Of a DNA stretch of 47,565 nt, positions 35,914 to 44,415 are shown piece after piece. Both the position numbers and the translations under genes were made by a program. The stretch lies in IMG/VR virus record IMGVR_UViG_3300043220_000046, positions 1 through 47,565 of that record; one strand, 5' to 3'. Each line of letters opens with the position of its first letter. The first letter of the stretch is position 1. This stretch comes from a virus. Lineage: Duplodnaviria; Caudoviricetes. The notes under the pieces were generated by a model. It saw only the letters and a list, made by a program, of their open reading frames with translations. It did no database searches and was not told where the DNA came from.

Positions 35914-36198
35914 ATGGACACCCTAAGCGCGGCAATTGTTGGCTTGAACGTGACGCTGGTCGGAGCCCTGATTTGGGTTCTGCGCTACGGCATTCTCAAG
36001 CTCTTCGGGGCTGAGGGAAAGAGGGGCGTCGTCGGCGAGCTCAACGACACCCTCCAAGAAATGAATACAGACATCAGGGAGAACACGCTCGCGATCCGCG
36101 AGTTCACCTCCACCCAAGTCGAAACGAACCGAACCCTACAAGCGATCCTTAGAGAGCAGGAAACAAACCATGGCGAGACCACTACGAGTCCAGACTGA
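35914..36198 (+). CDS. Holin-like membrane protein (N-terminal TM plus coiled coil)
   Basis: AIVGLNVTLVGALIWVL TM segment; end of late operon. Confidence 0.55.
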   Translation: MDTLSAAIVGLNVTLVGALIWVLRYGILKLFGAEGKRGVVGELNDTLQEMNTDIRENTLAIREFTSTQVETNRTLQAILREQETNHGETTTSPD

Positions 36199-36547
36199 CC
36201 GCTCACCCGCGAAGAAGATCCCCTTCTCGGAGTCCATCGGAGGCCAGGCCTTCGAGTCGGGCACCGGCGCCCAGATCGACCTGCACGTTGTCCCGGAGGG
36301 CTATCAGGACGAGGTCCACCTCTGGGTCAACAACCCGGACCCGGCGAACAATGGTCGGTTCCTCTGGCGGTTCGGCATCGGCGCCTCCAACGATCAGTTG
36401 ATCTCCATGGCGGCGGATACCATCGTGAAGGCGGTCGACGGCGTGCCGATCAGGGGGATCGCTGGAGGTCTCGGCATCGAGGTCCTCTCGATCACGGAAA
36501 CAATGAAGCTCACCGGCTACGTGATCCGCTCCGCGATCAATGTCTAG
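36170..36547 (+). CDS. Small beta-rich protein, paralogue of 7868-8203
   Basis: FSESIGGQA...LHVVP...DEVHLWVNN...LTGYV. Confidence 0.8.
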   Translation: MARPLRVQTDRSPAKKIPFSESIGGQAFESGTGAQIDLHVVPEGYQDEVHLWVNNPDPANNGRFLWRFGIGASNDQLISMAADTIVKAVDGVPIRGIAGGLGIEVLSITETMKLTGYVIRSAINV

Positions 36548-36990
36548 AAGAACGGCCAGAAGAACCGTCGAGGATCGATCGTCGGTCTGTTCTTGTATTT
36601 GTCCGGGATCGCACTCCACGGGATCGACTTCCGGCCTTCGCTGTAGGTCTTGACCTGGCCGGCGTCGATCACCGCGATCCGGTCGCCTCGCTGCCAGACG
36701 AGTAGGCCGATCCCGCCCGCCTGGTGAACCTCGTTGATCGCGATCACCTGGTGCGGCTTGAGGATCTTCTTGCTGAGCTCGAGCGATGGATTATCGCGCA
36801 TCTTGCACTCGAGGATGATCACTCGGCCGTTGATCGTAAAGCCCATGAAGTCCGCCGGCGTCTGCTCAGCGTGCAGCACCTTGCCGTCGACCATCTTGAT
36901 GTCGTTCGGGATCTTGTAGAGGCGGGCGACCTGGTTCTCATGCAGGGATCGGGCTACGCGGCGGACAAGGAGCTCTAGGGTGTTGGTCAT
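36544..36990 (-). CDS. recU: RecU-like Holliday junction resolvase (PD-(D/E)XK)
   Basis: TPADFMG, ILECK, LKPHQ and GGIGLLV motifs. Confidence 0.8.
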   Translation of the reverse strand: MTNTLELLVRRVARSLHENQVARLYKIPNDIKMVDGKVLHAEQTPADFMGFTINGRVIILECKMRDNPSLELSKKILKPHQVIAINEVHQAGGIGLLVWQRGDRIAVIDAGQVKTYSEGRKSIPWSAIPDKYKNRPTIDPRRFFWPFF

Positions 36991-37322
36991 GGTGCTGGGA
37001 TCATCCGGACCTTGCCGGTGACGATGTTGGTGGCTTCAACGAACTTCGGTTGGACGACGTCGCCGGCGTGCTTGCGCAGCATGCCGCGGGCCGCCTTGAA
37101 GGCTCGAACCTCGACGCTGATGATCTCCGCCTTCGTGAGCGGCCGCTTCGCCAGGTGCTCGTGCAGCTTGACCTCGAGCTTGTCGATCTTCTCGAACACG
37201 ACGGGACCTGCAGGTAGGTGCGGGAAGCACCGTTCGTATTCCTCCTCGAGCTTCTTCGCGACCCGGCGCATGGCCTGATTGCAGAGCTTGTCGGTGACGG
37301 TCCTAGAAGGGGCAGTCGTCAT
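36987..37322 (-). CDS. Hypothetical protein (~111 aa)
   Basis: Stop overlaps resolvase ATG; alternative start 37337. Confidence 0.75.
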   Translation of the reverse strand: MTTAPSRTVTDKLCNQAMRRVAKKLEEEYERCFPHLPAGPVVFEKIDKLEVKLHEHLAKRPLTKAEIISVEVRAFKAARGMLRKHAGDVVQPKFVEATNIVTGKVRMIPAP

Positions 37323-40300
37323 CGTAGGTCTCCCCATAGACGTCGAGCGGCTGCAGGTTGACTGGATCGTGGGTGATGCCCGGCAGGCTCCCTCGAGACT
37401 CGGGCGCGTTGTTCCAGTTCTCGAGCTCCCTGAACCTCGCGACGTAGGCCTCTGGGTTGTTGCGCGCCAGGTCGATCAGCCCGTGCAGGATGTTGAGCGC
37501 TCCCTCGGTCGGCCCGTAGCAGAGCTCGTTCCTGTAGCCCGTGCTCTCCTGCAGGGCGCTACTCCGCTGCAGGTGCGCGTGCCACCTAGCGAACTGCTTG
37601 AACTCCTCGATCTGACCACAGCCAGTAACCAGGCTCTGCAGTGAGCGCAGCGAGTTCGTCTCGCACAAGCGCGACAGCATGACGATCGCCTGATCCGGAT
37701 CGTCCAGGTCGAGGTAGATCGTGAAGGCGGCTTCGACGTGGAAGGGCTGCTTCACCGTGCGAGCCTGAATCACCCGCTGCGAATACTCGTCGTATTTGAG
37801 GTTCTGCCAGCATCGGATGATCCAGGCGATCGCCCACTGCACGTGCACCAGGCGCACCATGCACTCGCGCTCCTTGCCTTCGGGGTGGGAGTAGCACATG
37901 TTGGCGGCGGCGATCGCGATCCGGATGATCGAGTGGTGTTTCTCGATGCCGGTGTGCAGCGGCAAATCCTCGGCCGCGTAGATCGAGTCCCATTCAGAGG
38001 CAACTTGCTTCGCAAGCTGCACGGCCTCGGGTCCCAAGTGAATCTGATGCGGTTCCATTGCCCATCCCCGAAGGATCAGCGCTCGCGCGAGTTCGGGAGT
38101 CCACTGATGGTCGACATCCTGCTTCGTCATCTTCGCGGGGCTGTGCACGCACCAGGCGAAGTCCATTCTCGAGAGCGACTCGGGCACGCCGTAGAAGCTC
38201 AGCAGGTGCTGGCAGAAATACTGGAAGGTGCGGCGCGATCGGTTGGCCCAGTTGCCGGCGGTGATCAGCCGGACGGCCGCGGGTAGCTTGACGTCGCCGT
38301 AGACCTTGAGCGCGGAGACCCGCCCCTCGTCGCGCGCACTCTGCAGGTGCACCATCACGTTCTTGTCGGCCGGGCCGTTCGTCATGTGGTGGAACTCGTC
38401 GAGGAAGAGCATCTTCCGGTTGTTCTTCGGGAACAGACCTGGCTTCATCTTCGAGCCGTTGTCGGCGCCGCCAACCGTGAGGCCTGCCCGCGAGTAGTTC
38501 TCCATGCAGGTGAACGAGGTCCCGAGGCGCCAGTATTCGAACAGGCGCTTGACCGTCTCGCTCTTGCCCTGCCTGGTCTCACCGAAGAAGCAGGCGTCGA
38601 GCCAGGCTCTGTAGCGGTGCCCGTCGAGGTCATACCAAAGCGCCGAGTGAGCGACGAGCATCGTGCCGATGTGGAACTCTGGGCGGCCGTAGATCTGCGT
38701 GATGTTCTGCGAGTAGTCGAGCACCACCGAATCGATGTAGCGGTCGATCTCGGCCTGGTCGTTCGAGTTCCAAGGCGTCATGCCCATGAGGTCGACGTGG
38801 AAGTCCTCGAGGCGGACGTCTGGCTTGTCGAGTTGCACGAGCTTCGTCGCCAACACGCCCACGCTGTTCGTGCCGTAGTGCGCGTAGCCGGTGATGCCAA
38901 CTTCTCCGGACAGCGACGGCGATTCCGTCGAGACGATGTTGAGCATGTTGTTGCCGTCGTCGTCGTCGTCGGATGCGGTTGCCTGCCAGAAGGAGCCCAC
39001 CACTGTCTCGTCGTGAACGATCGCGCACTCGTTGCAGGCGGCCGGCTTGCACACCAGCCTGCGGATCCAGTAGGCCTCCGGGTCCTTCGACATCAGGCCA
39101 TTGAGTAGCTTGTCACGGTGCTGGCTCCAGTCGACATCGCCATCGGGGAAGAGGCGGAGCACTGGGCAGTCCTTGCAGCAGGTCTTAGTCCCTGCAGGGC
39201 AGACGATCTTGCTTGAGATCGGCACGGTCAAGGCGGGCTTCTCGATCGTCGCTACGGCGCCCTGGAAGCTGACATACTCGCCGGCGTTCTCGAAGACCTG
39301 TCGGTGCGAGACGTTGATCGGATCCTCTCGGTGCTCGACCAGGTCGGCGAGGTCACAGACCGGGAGCTCGTCGAAGCCCTTCTTCTTCGTCGCCCAGTCG
39401 CGCAGGTCGGCGCCGAAGTTGTCGACGGGATCTAGCGCGACGTGTAGGAGCTTGACCTTGCACTTGTTGGCGGCGAGCTTCTCGCAGACCCCGTTCACCA
39501 GGCTCTGCCGGCGGCGCCCCATCTCGCGGAGCTTCCTCGGCGTGGGTGCTCGAGCAGAATCGAAGTCGGGTCCTTGGAAGGTGTCGTTGTCGTAGCAGAC
39601 GTAGACCGTGCGGCCGCGCCAGGCGTCCGGCATCAGTGAGCTCGCGAGCGGCGACCCTGCCCCGCCGGTCCAGGTGAACGGGACGATCGGCGTCTCTCGC
39701 CTGTTGAGCTCGAGCATGATCCACGCGGCCAGGCAGTCCATCTCGCCTTCGCACAACAGGATTTCCGCGCCCTTGGGGATCTCGGGGACTGCCGGCCAGA
39801 AGCCGATCGGTCCTCCGCGGCCGTTCTTGCTCCAGCGCCACTTCACCTTGGCGAGCGGGGCGTAGATCCGATACCGCTCGCGCAGCGACCCGTCCGGGTT
39901 GAATTGGGCGAACACGATCGAGCCGTCGAGGAACCCGATGCCGAAGCGGGCAAGGATCTGCGGCCGCCATAGCCCACGGTCCGCGAAATGCTTCCGTGCC
40001 CACTCCGCGTCCGGATCCTCGCACAGATTGGCTATCGCCCGGTCGAGGCGCTCTACGGTCATCCTCGCGGCTTCTCGGCCGCGCTTCTTCTTCGCCTTCT
40101 GGTAGGGGATCCCGAGGAGATCGCCGACCTGCTTCGACGCGGCCCAGTCATCCTCGAGGCTGTGCTTCTCCTTCCACCATTCGAACAGGTCGAGCTTCCT
40201 CGAGCACTGCTTGCAGTTGATGAAGCCCGTAGCCTTCGAGATCGAGCAGCTGCCGTCGGTGTCGGTGCAACAGGGGCAGTTGATGTGCTGCCACTGAGGA

Positions 40301-40398
40301 TTCCCGCCATTCACCTTGACCAGCCCGAGAGCTTGGAGGCTAGAATCGAGATCTGCAGCGAATGCCTCTTTGACTACGGCGAAGTGGCTACGTTCCAT
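37303..40398 (-). CDS. Primase (Zn-binding + TOPRIM) fused to MCM-type AAA+ helicase
   Basis: CPCC..CKQC; CEGEMD, YDND; Walker A GETRQGKS, SRAGLT, Walker B LFLDEF, ITAGN, arginine finger SRMD. Confidence 0.88.
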   Translation of the reverse strand: MERSHFAVVKEAFAADLDSSLQALGLVKVNGGNPQWQHINCPCCTDTDGSCSISKATGFINCKQCSRKLDLFEWWKEKHSLEDDWAASKQVGDLLGIPYQKAKKKRGREAARMTVERLDRAIANLCEDPDAEWARKHFADRGLWRPQILARFGIGFLDGSIVFAQFNPDGSLRERYRIYAPLAKVKWRWSKNGRGGPIGFWPAVPEIPKGAEILLCEGEMDCLAAWIMLELNRRETPIVPFTWTGGAGSPLASSLMPDAWRGRTVYVCYDNDTFQGPDFDSARAPTPRKLREMGRRRQSLVNGVCEKLAANKCKVKLLHVALDPVDNFGADLRDWATKKKGFDELPVCDLADLVEHREDPINVSHRQVFENAGEYVSFQGAVATIEKPALTVPISSKIVCPAGTKTCCKDCPVLRLFPDGDVDWSQHRDKLLNGLMSKDPEAYWIRRLVCKPAACNECAIVHDETVVGSFWQATASDDDDDGNNMLNIVSTESPSLSGEVGITGYAHYGTNSVGVLATKLVQLDKPDVRLEDFHVDLMGMTPWNSNDQAEIDRYIDSVVLDYSQNITQIYGRPEFHIGTMLVAHSALWYDLDGHRYRAWLDACFFGETRQGKSETVKRLFEYWRLGTSFTCMENYSRAGLTVGGADNGSKMKPGLFPKNNRKMLFLDEFHHMTNGPADKNVMVHLQSARDEGRVSALKVYGDVKLPAAVRLITAGNWANRSRRTFQYFCQHLLSFYGVPESLSRMDFAWCVHSPAKMTKQDVDHQWTPELARALILRGWAMEPHQIHLGPEAVQLAKQVASEWDSIYAAEDLPLHTGIEKHHSIIRIAIAAANMCYSHPEGKERECMVRLVHVQWAIAWIIRCWQNLKYDEYSQRVIQARTVKQPFHVEAAFTIYLDLDDPDQAIVMLSRLCETNSLRSLQSLVTGCGQIEEFKQFARWHAHLQRSSALQESTGYRNELCYGPTEGALNILHGLIDLARNNPEAYVARFRELENWNNAPESRGSLPGITHDPVNLQPLDVYGETYDDDCPF

Positions 40399-40419
40399 TG
40401 ATGGATTCCTTGGACGTCA

Positions 40420-40464
40420 GAAGCCCCGCCGGTGACCTCAACCACCGGCGGGGCTTCGTTTTTT
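40420..40464 (+). terminator. Intrinsic terminator oriented for + strand transcripts, inside the - strand operon
   Basis: Perfect 15-bp stem GAAGCCCCGCCGGTG/CACCGGCGGGGCTTC followed by GTTTTTT on + strand. Confidence 0.75.
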
Positions 40465-40483
40465 CTAGGGGGACTGCTGGGGG

Positions 40484-41329
40484 CTAGGGGTCGATGTCGA
40501 AGTCGCCATCGCCGCTAGCTTCTTCGTCCGTGCTCTTGAGGTGACCGCTTTCATGCTTGTCTCTCACATTCTTGTAGAGTTCGTAGGCGGCGAGTTGAAG
40601 CTCGGCCGGGACTTTCTCGGTGGTCTGCCACGCCATCTGCAGCATGAAGTATTTCTTCGGATCCCCCGTAGCCATGGTCTTGGTGCCCTGGACGACGCGG
40701 ATCACGGTCGGGTGCGTCCACATGTATTTCTTGGTGCTGGTCCAGGCTGAGAGCCACTTGTTCGCCGCCTTGTAGCTGGAGCGGGAGAATCGGATGATGA
40801 CCGGGCCGAGGCTGGTCATCGCCACGAAGTGGTGCACCTGTGCGCCGAGTGGTGGCTTGTTGTTTTCGTCGTCCCAGTCCAGGCACTTTCGGCACTCCTC
40901 GCATGCACCGTAAACCGTGCCCTCGACCTGGTCGGGCGAGATGCAGGTCTCGAGGTCCTTGTATCGCTCGTCCTCCTTCGGGAAGAGGGCGTTGCCCTTG
41001 TGGTGGTGGACGATGATCACGCGGAGGTGGCCTTCGTCGAGAACCTCTTCGGAGCCGGTATGCATGAAGCGGCCAGGCACTGCGCCCTCGACCCCGTCGG
41101 TCACCGCGTCACTCGTGCCGTGCAGTAAGGCGAGCGTCGGCACGATCAGATCGTCGGGGTCGACGTTCTCTCGGCCGATGAGCTCGGGGATCCCCTCCAC
41201 TGTGAGGTCGGTGGCTGCGTCGAGTGGCAGCAGGTCGTTGCCTTTGAACTCCTTGGGCTTCCACACGGCAACGGCATCTGTCTTCTCTTCGGTGGTCGCT
41301 ACTGCGTCCGTCTTCTCTTCGCTGGTCAT
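40484..41329 (-). CDS. Putative single-stranded DNA-binding protein
   Basis: DLIVPTLALL..S..V...GAVPG.F motif, Cys cluster, acidic tail DGDFDIDP; upstream of primase-helicase. Confidence 0.6.
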   Translation of the reverse strand: MTSEEKTDAVATTEEKTDAVAVWKPKEFKGNDLLPLDAATDLTVEGIPELIGRENVDPDDLIVPTLALLHGTSDAVTDGVEGAVPGRFMHTGSEEVLDEGHLRVIIVHHHKGNALFPKEDERYKDLETCISPDQVEGTVYGACEECRKCLDWDDENNKPPLGAQVHHFVAMTSLGPVIIRFSRSSYKAANKWLSAWTSTKKYMWTHPTVIRVVQGTKTMATGDPKKYFMLQMAWQTTEKVPAELQLAAYELYKNVRDKHESGHLKSTDEEASGDGDFDIDP

Positions 41330-41334
41330 GGTTC

Positions 41335-41772
41335 TTAGCTCCTCTCGTTAGCTGAAAATTGTTTCCACCCGGTGCAGCTGACATCGGGCCTGGTCTTTAG
41401 CTTCATGAACTCGGGCACGTCGAACTCGTCGAGTTGCTCGCCTTCAATGTCGGCTTGGAGTCTCTCCTCCACGGTCTTCTTGTCCACCTTCTCGACGGTG
41501 AACTCGTTGACGTCGCCGTAGTGGCCGTGCAGCCACTCCTTCACATCCTCTTCGTTTTCCTTGTTGCAGGATATCGAGAACTGGTTGCGCAGGTTGAACG
41601 CGAGGCCGTTGTCGAGCTTCACGCCGCGCTGCTCGTCTGCGATCATCTGATCGACGAGCTTGGCTTTCGCAGCCTTGTGCTCCTTGTCGGCGGCCGCGGA
41701 GATCGCGTGCGCGTCGTCGTAGGTGAGACGGGTCGAGGTGTATTCCTCGAGAAGGTCATTCAGTGTTGTCAT
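41335..41772 (-). CDS. Conserved phage replication-module protein (acidic, N-terminal coiled coil)
   Basis: Clean 145-aa ORF; position upstream of SSB-like gene. Confidence 0.75.
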   Translation of the reverse strand: MTTLNDLLEEYTSTRLTYDDAHAISAAADKEHKAAKAKLVDQMIADEQRGVKLDNGLAFNLRNQFSISCNKENEEDVKEWLHGHYGDVNEFTVEKVDKKTVEERLQADIEGEQLDEFDVPEFMKLKTRPDVSCTGWKQFSANERS

Positions 41773-42067
41773 CGGCGGATTCCTTGGTTTCGGGATGGGT
41801 GAGCTCGAGAAGCTCGAGGATGAAAGGCACCGCCCGCAATGGGTGGTGTTGTAGGTAGAGCCCGACCTTCTGCTCTCGCGTGCAGTCCGTGTAGAGCTCC
41901 TCGGTCAGGGCTTCGAAGGATTCGAATTCAGGCATGGGATGGTCTCCTCCGCAGTCGCGGGGGGTGTGCTTGAAAGTGGTTTCGTTACAGGCGCCGCACG
42001 GGCACGTCGTCTCGGCTGCTCAACCCGACCAGGTCTTGCCGCAGCGCCAACACGGCCCGTGACTCAT
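41756..42067 (-). CDS. Cys-rich ORF with in-frame UGA (42022-42020); 103 aa if recoded; internal ATG 41935 gives a separate 59-aa protein
   Basis: MSHGPCWRCGKTWSG*AAETTCPCGACN...DCGGDHPMPEFESF...; ATGA overlap at 42064-42067; GGAGG before ATG 41935. Confidence 0.6.
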
Positions 42068-42459
42068 GAAGGTTTGCATTCCGTGTCCTTGAGACATTGC
42101 GCGATCGCCGCGCGGGCTTCGTCGGTGAGGTTGCTCGCATAGGAGAGCAGCCACTCGAGGTAGAACGAGTCCTCGGCAGCGATCTCGCTGATCAGGCGCC
42201 CTTCATACTTGCCGAACGTGAGGTGAGTCGCCGAATCGAGCGTGGGGAACAGGGCGTCGATCTCGTCGCTAACCTCGTCCCACCACCCTTCCCGACGGGG
42301 ATGGCCGACGAGCTTGGCGAACTTCCATGGGTTGATGTCGTTCGCTCGACACATCCGGAAGAGGATGCACGCGGCGGTGTCCTTCTCGGCATCGTTGCCA
42401 CCCTTGGCGAGGGCGGTCGACACGAGCAGGCGCATGCGGTTGGCTAAGCGCTCGGTCAT
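42064..42459 (-). CDS. Protein with C-terminal FGKY.G (DUF3820/ExoX-C-terminal-like) domain
   Basis: LTFGKYEGRLISEI....YLEWL; ATGA overlap at 42456-42459. Confidence 0.8.
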   Translation of the reverse strand: MTERLANRMRLLVSTALAKGGNDAEKDTAACILFRMCRANDINPWKFAKLVGHPRREGWWDEVSDEIDALFPTLDSATHLTFGKYEGRLISEIAAEDSFYLEWLLSYASNLTDEARAAIAQCLKDTECKPS

Positions 42460-42770
42460 GGTGTGCGCGCTAGCGCCTCCTCGCCTTCGACCGTCACCCA
42501 CCACACATAGGGCGCCGGCGCTGCGAAATTGCAGGACAGGAGGCCCTTGCGTAGCAGTCGATGCCGGCAGTCGTCGCTCCTTCTCGAGGTGCTTGGAATC
42601 AAGCCCTGCTCGCCTTTAGACAGGACTCGTCGGAGGAAACGTCGCTGCGATTTGTTGATCTTCACATCGCTAGGATTGCCGACCTTCTTCTCGTCGACAC
42701 GAGCTCTTGGCTGCGTTGCGCGGTTGGTCAACCATCTTTGCATTCGATCTCTGATTTCTGGTTCAGTCAT
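42456..42770 (-). CDS. Basic hypothetical protein, possibly winged helix
   Basis: Coupled to both neighbours; INKSQRRFL..L and LLRKGLL..W.VT.EG pattern. Confidence 0.65.
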   Translation of the reverse strand: MTEPEIRDRMQRWLTNRATQPRARVDEKKVGNPSDVKINKSQRRFLRRVLSKGEQGLIPSTSRRSDDCRHRLLRKGLLSCNFAAPAPYVWWVTVEGEEALARTP

Positions 42771-43044
42771 CGTTCGGTTTCTCCTCTCGGTGTCGTATCC
42801 GCATCGAAGCGTGTAGGCCGTCGAAGTAGTTGCCGACGCAGGTCAGGTGCAGGAGGATGATCGGGGTGAGGTCAGTCCAGACATCCACAAGGGCGGGGTC
42901 CTCAGCTGGATCGAAGAACAGGCAATCATCTAATTCCTCGTGATAGGTCCCGAAGCAAAACAGGGAGACGTAGTTCTGTCCCTTGCAGTCCTCGCCGCAG
43001 AAGTCGCAGTCGTAGCCAGCTTCGACTTCGTCAGTCACGGCCAT
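42763..43044 (-). CDS. Acidic Zn-finger-like protein
   Basis: CDFC...HLTC motifs. Confidence 0.75.
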   Translation of the reverse strand: MAVTDEVEAGYDCDFCGEDCKGQNYVSLFCFGTYHEELDDCLFFDPAEDPALVDVWTDLTPIILLHLTCVGNYFDGLHASMRIRHREEKPNDD

Positions 43045-43288
43045 ACCTCATGTATTCGTCCAGGCTCTCGAAGCCATCAGTGCCGGCCTTCTCCTCCTCG
43101 TCTTCAGCGAGGAGGAGGTCCTGGTTCTTCACGAGGTAGTCGTGCACGTCGGGCCAGTCCCTGATCCAGTCCTGCTTGAACAGCCAGAGCAGGTATGCGC
43201 TAGGCGCCTGGCCGATCGGGGTCCCCTTGTGCTGGCCCCACGGGAGGGGAGTCTGGTCGGTGTAGGTCACTCGTGGTGGCTTTGGCAT
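43031..43288 (-). CDS. DUF3820-like small protein
   Basis: LPWGQHKGTPIGQAPSAYLLWL motif. Confidence 0.8.
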   Translation of the reverse strand: MPKPPRVTYTDQTPLPWGQHKGTPIGQAPSAYLLWLFKQDWIRDWPDVHDYLVKNQDLLLAEDEEEKAGTDGFESLDEYMRYGRD

Positions 43289-43511
43289 CGGGATCCTCTG
43301 CGCTCATGATCTTGATTTGGACGGCAGCGACGACAGCCTCAGCCACCTTGAACTTCAACTCGGCCAGGTGCTTCTCCTGCGCGGTCATCAGCTTCTTACT
43401 GAGGTCGGCTTGCAGGCGCTTCGTAACCATGGTGCAGATGCGCATGACGCGATCCCTCTCGAGGATCACGCCCTGGCGCATCGACTCCTGCAGCTTCTTG
43501 TGCATGCTCAC
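43200..43511 (-). CDS. Hypothetical helical protein
   Basis: GTGA overlap with upstream stop; C-terminus overlaps next gene. Confidence 0.7.
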   Translation of the reverse strand: MSMHKKLQESMRQGVILERDRVMRICTMVTKRLQADLSKKLMTAQEKHLAELKFKVAEAVVAAVQIKIMSAEDPDAKATTSDLHRPDSPPVGPAQGDPDRPGA

Positions 43512-43978
43512 TTGGGAAGAGCACCGATCTCGCCGAGGACGTCGATCGCGAGTTGAGATGCTAGGCCGCGCGTCTTCGTGATCGCATACATGACGTCTCT
43601 CACCTTGTCGTGGTTTTTGGCCAGGGACTTGATCTCCTCGATCAGCTGCACGTTCTGCTTCGTGCCCTCCTCGATCCTTCTGTTGCGCTCGCGAAGAGTC
43701 GCGTTGTAGTTAGTTGCGGCTTTACTGAACTCGCTCTGCTCTCTGAGAAGCCTTTGCCGGACAAGCATCACGGTCTGCTGCGTGTCCTGCAGGAGGTTGA
43801 GGGTGACGTGGTTCGGATCGATTGGGTTTAGCTCGTTTGGATTCATGGTCTTCTGCTGGGTAAAGACTCGTGCCGAGAACGGCATGTCGTCGGGGTTGGA
43901 AATCGGGATCTCTTGGTCGTGCCCCCACTCCTCGCTGTCGGGGTGGAAGGTCATGCACTTGATGTTCATCTCGCTCAT
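43508..43978 (-). CDS. Hypothetical coiled-coil protein (156 aa)
   Basis: ATGA overlap; heptad pattern. Confidence 0.75.
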   Translation of the reverse strand: MSEMNIKCMTFHPDSEEWGHDQEIPISNPDDMPFSARVFTQQKTMNPNELNPIDPNHVTLNLLQDTQQTVMLVRQRLLREQSEFSKAATNYNATLRERNRRIEEGTKQNVQLIEEIKSLAKNHDKVRDVMYAITKTRGLASQLAIDVLGEIGALPK

Positions 43979-44415
43979 AGTTCTCGTAGCTCACTGTTGG
44001 GAATGAAGAAGGCGGCTCGGCCGCGCTGCGGGTCTTCCCACCACTTGGGAAGTTTCACCTGGTCAGCCTCCACCCATCCGACCAGGTCGAACTCGAACCA
44101 GGTCTTGCGGCGCACGAGTGCGAAGCGACCGTGGTCGTCCGGGTGCAGGATCAACCGCCCTTCGGCGTGGTGGGTGGACCGGATCTCCCAGTCCTTGAGG
44201 TCGCTAGCCTTGAACACGTGAGCCCCTGACCAGTAGAGGCCCTTGCCTTTCGAGAAGGCGAGCTCAGCGACGGCGCCGGCGATGTGCATCTCCCATCCAT
44301 CGACGCCGGCGCCGTAGCGATCGCGCCGGCCAAGCTCGAGGTTTTCAGCGTGCCGTCGGATGCCGACGTTGGCAGCCCACAGCAGTTCATTCCTCGTGAG
44401 CTTGACGTTGATCAC
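43975..44415 (-). CDS. Phage protein of probable PD-(D/E)XK nuclease fold
   Basis: GAVAELA...DL..WEIRST pattern. Confidence 0.65.
   Translation of the reverse strand: MINVKLTRNELLWAANVGIRRHAENLELGRRDRYGAGVDGWEMHIAGAVAELAFSKGKGLYWSGAHVFKASDLKDWEIRSTHHAEGRLILHPDDHGRFALVRRKTWFEFDLVGWVEADQVKLPKWWEDPQRGRAAFFIPNSELREL

Noticed and set aside
41270-41320. Short in-frame duplications (EEKTDAVA x2; also GVRETI x2 near 31575 and RQFDVS x2 near 28815)
   Set aside because: Local duplications in flexible protein regions; no DGR-like template/variable pair or reverse transcriptase
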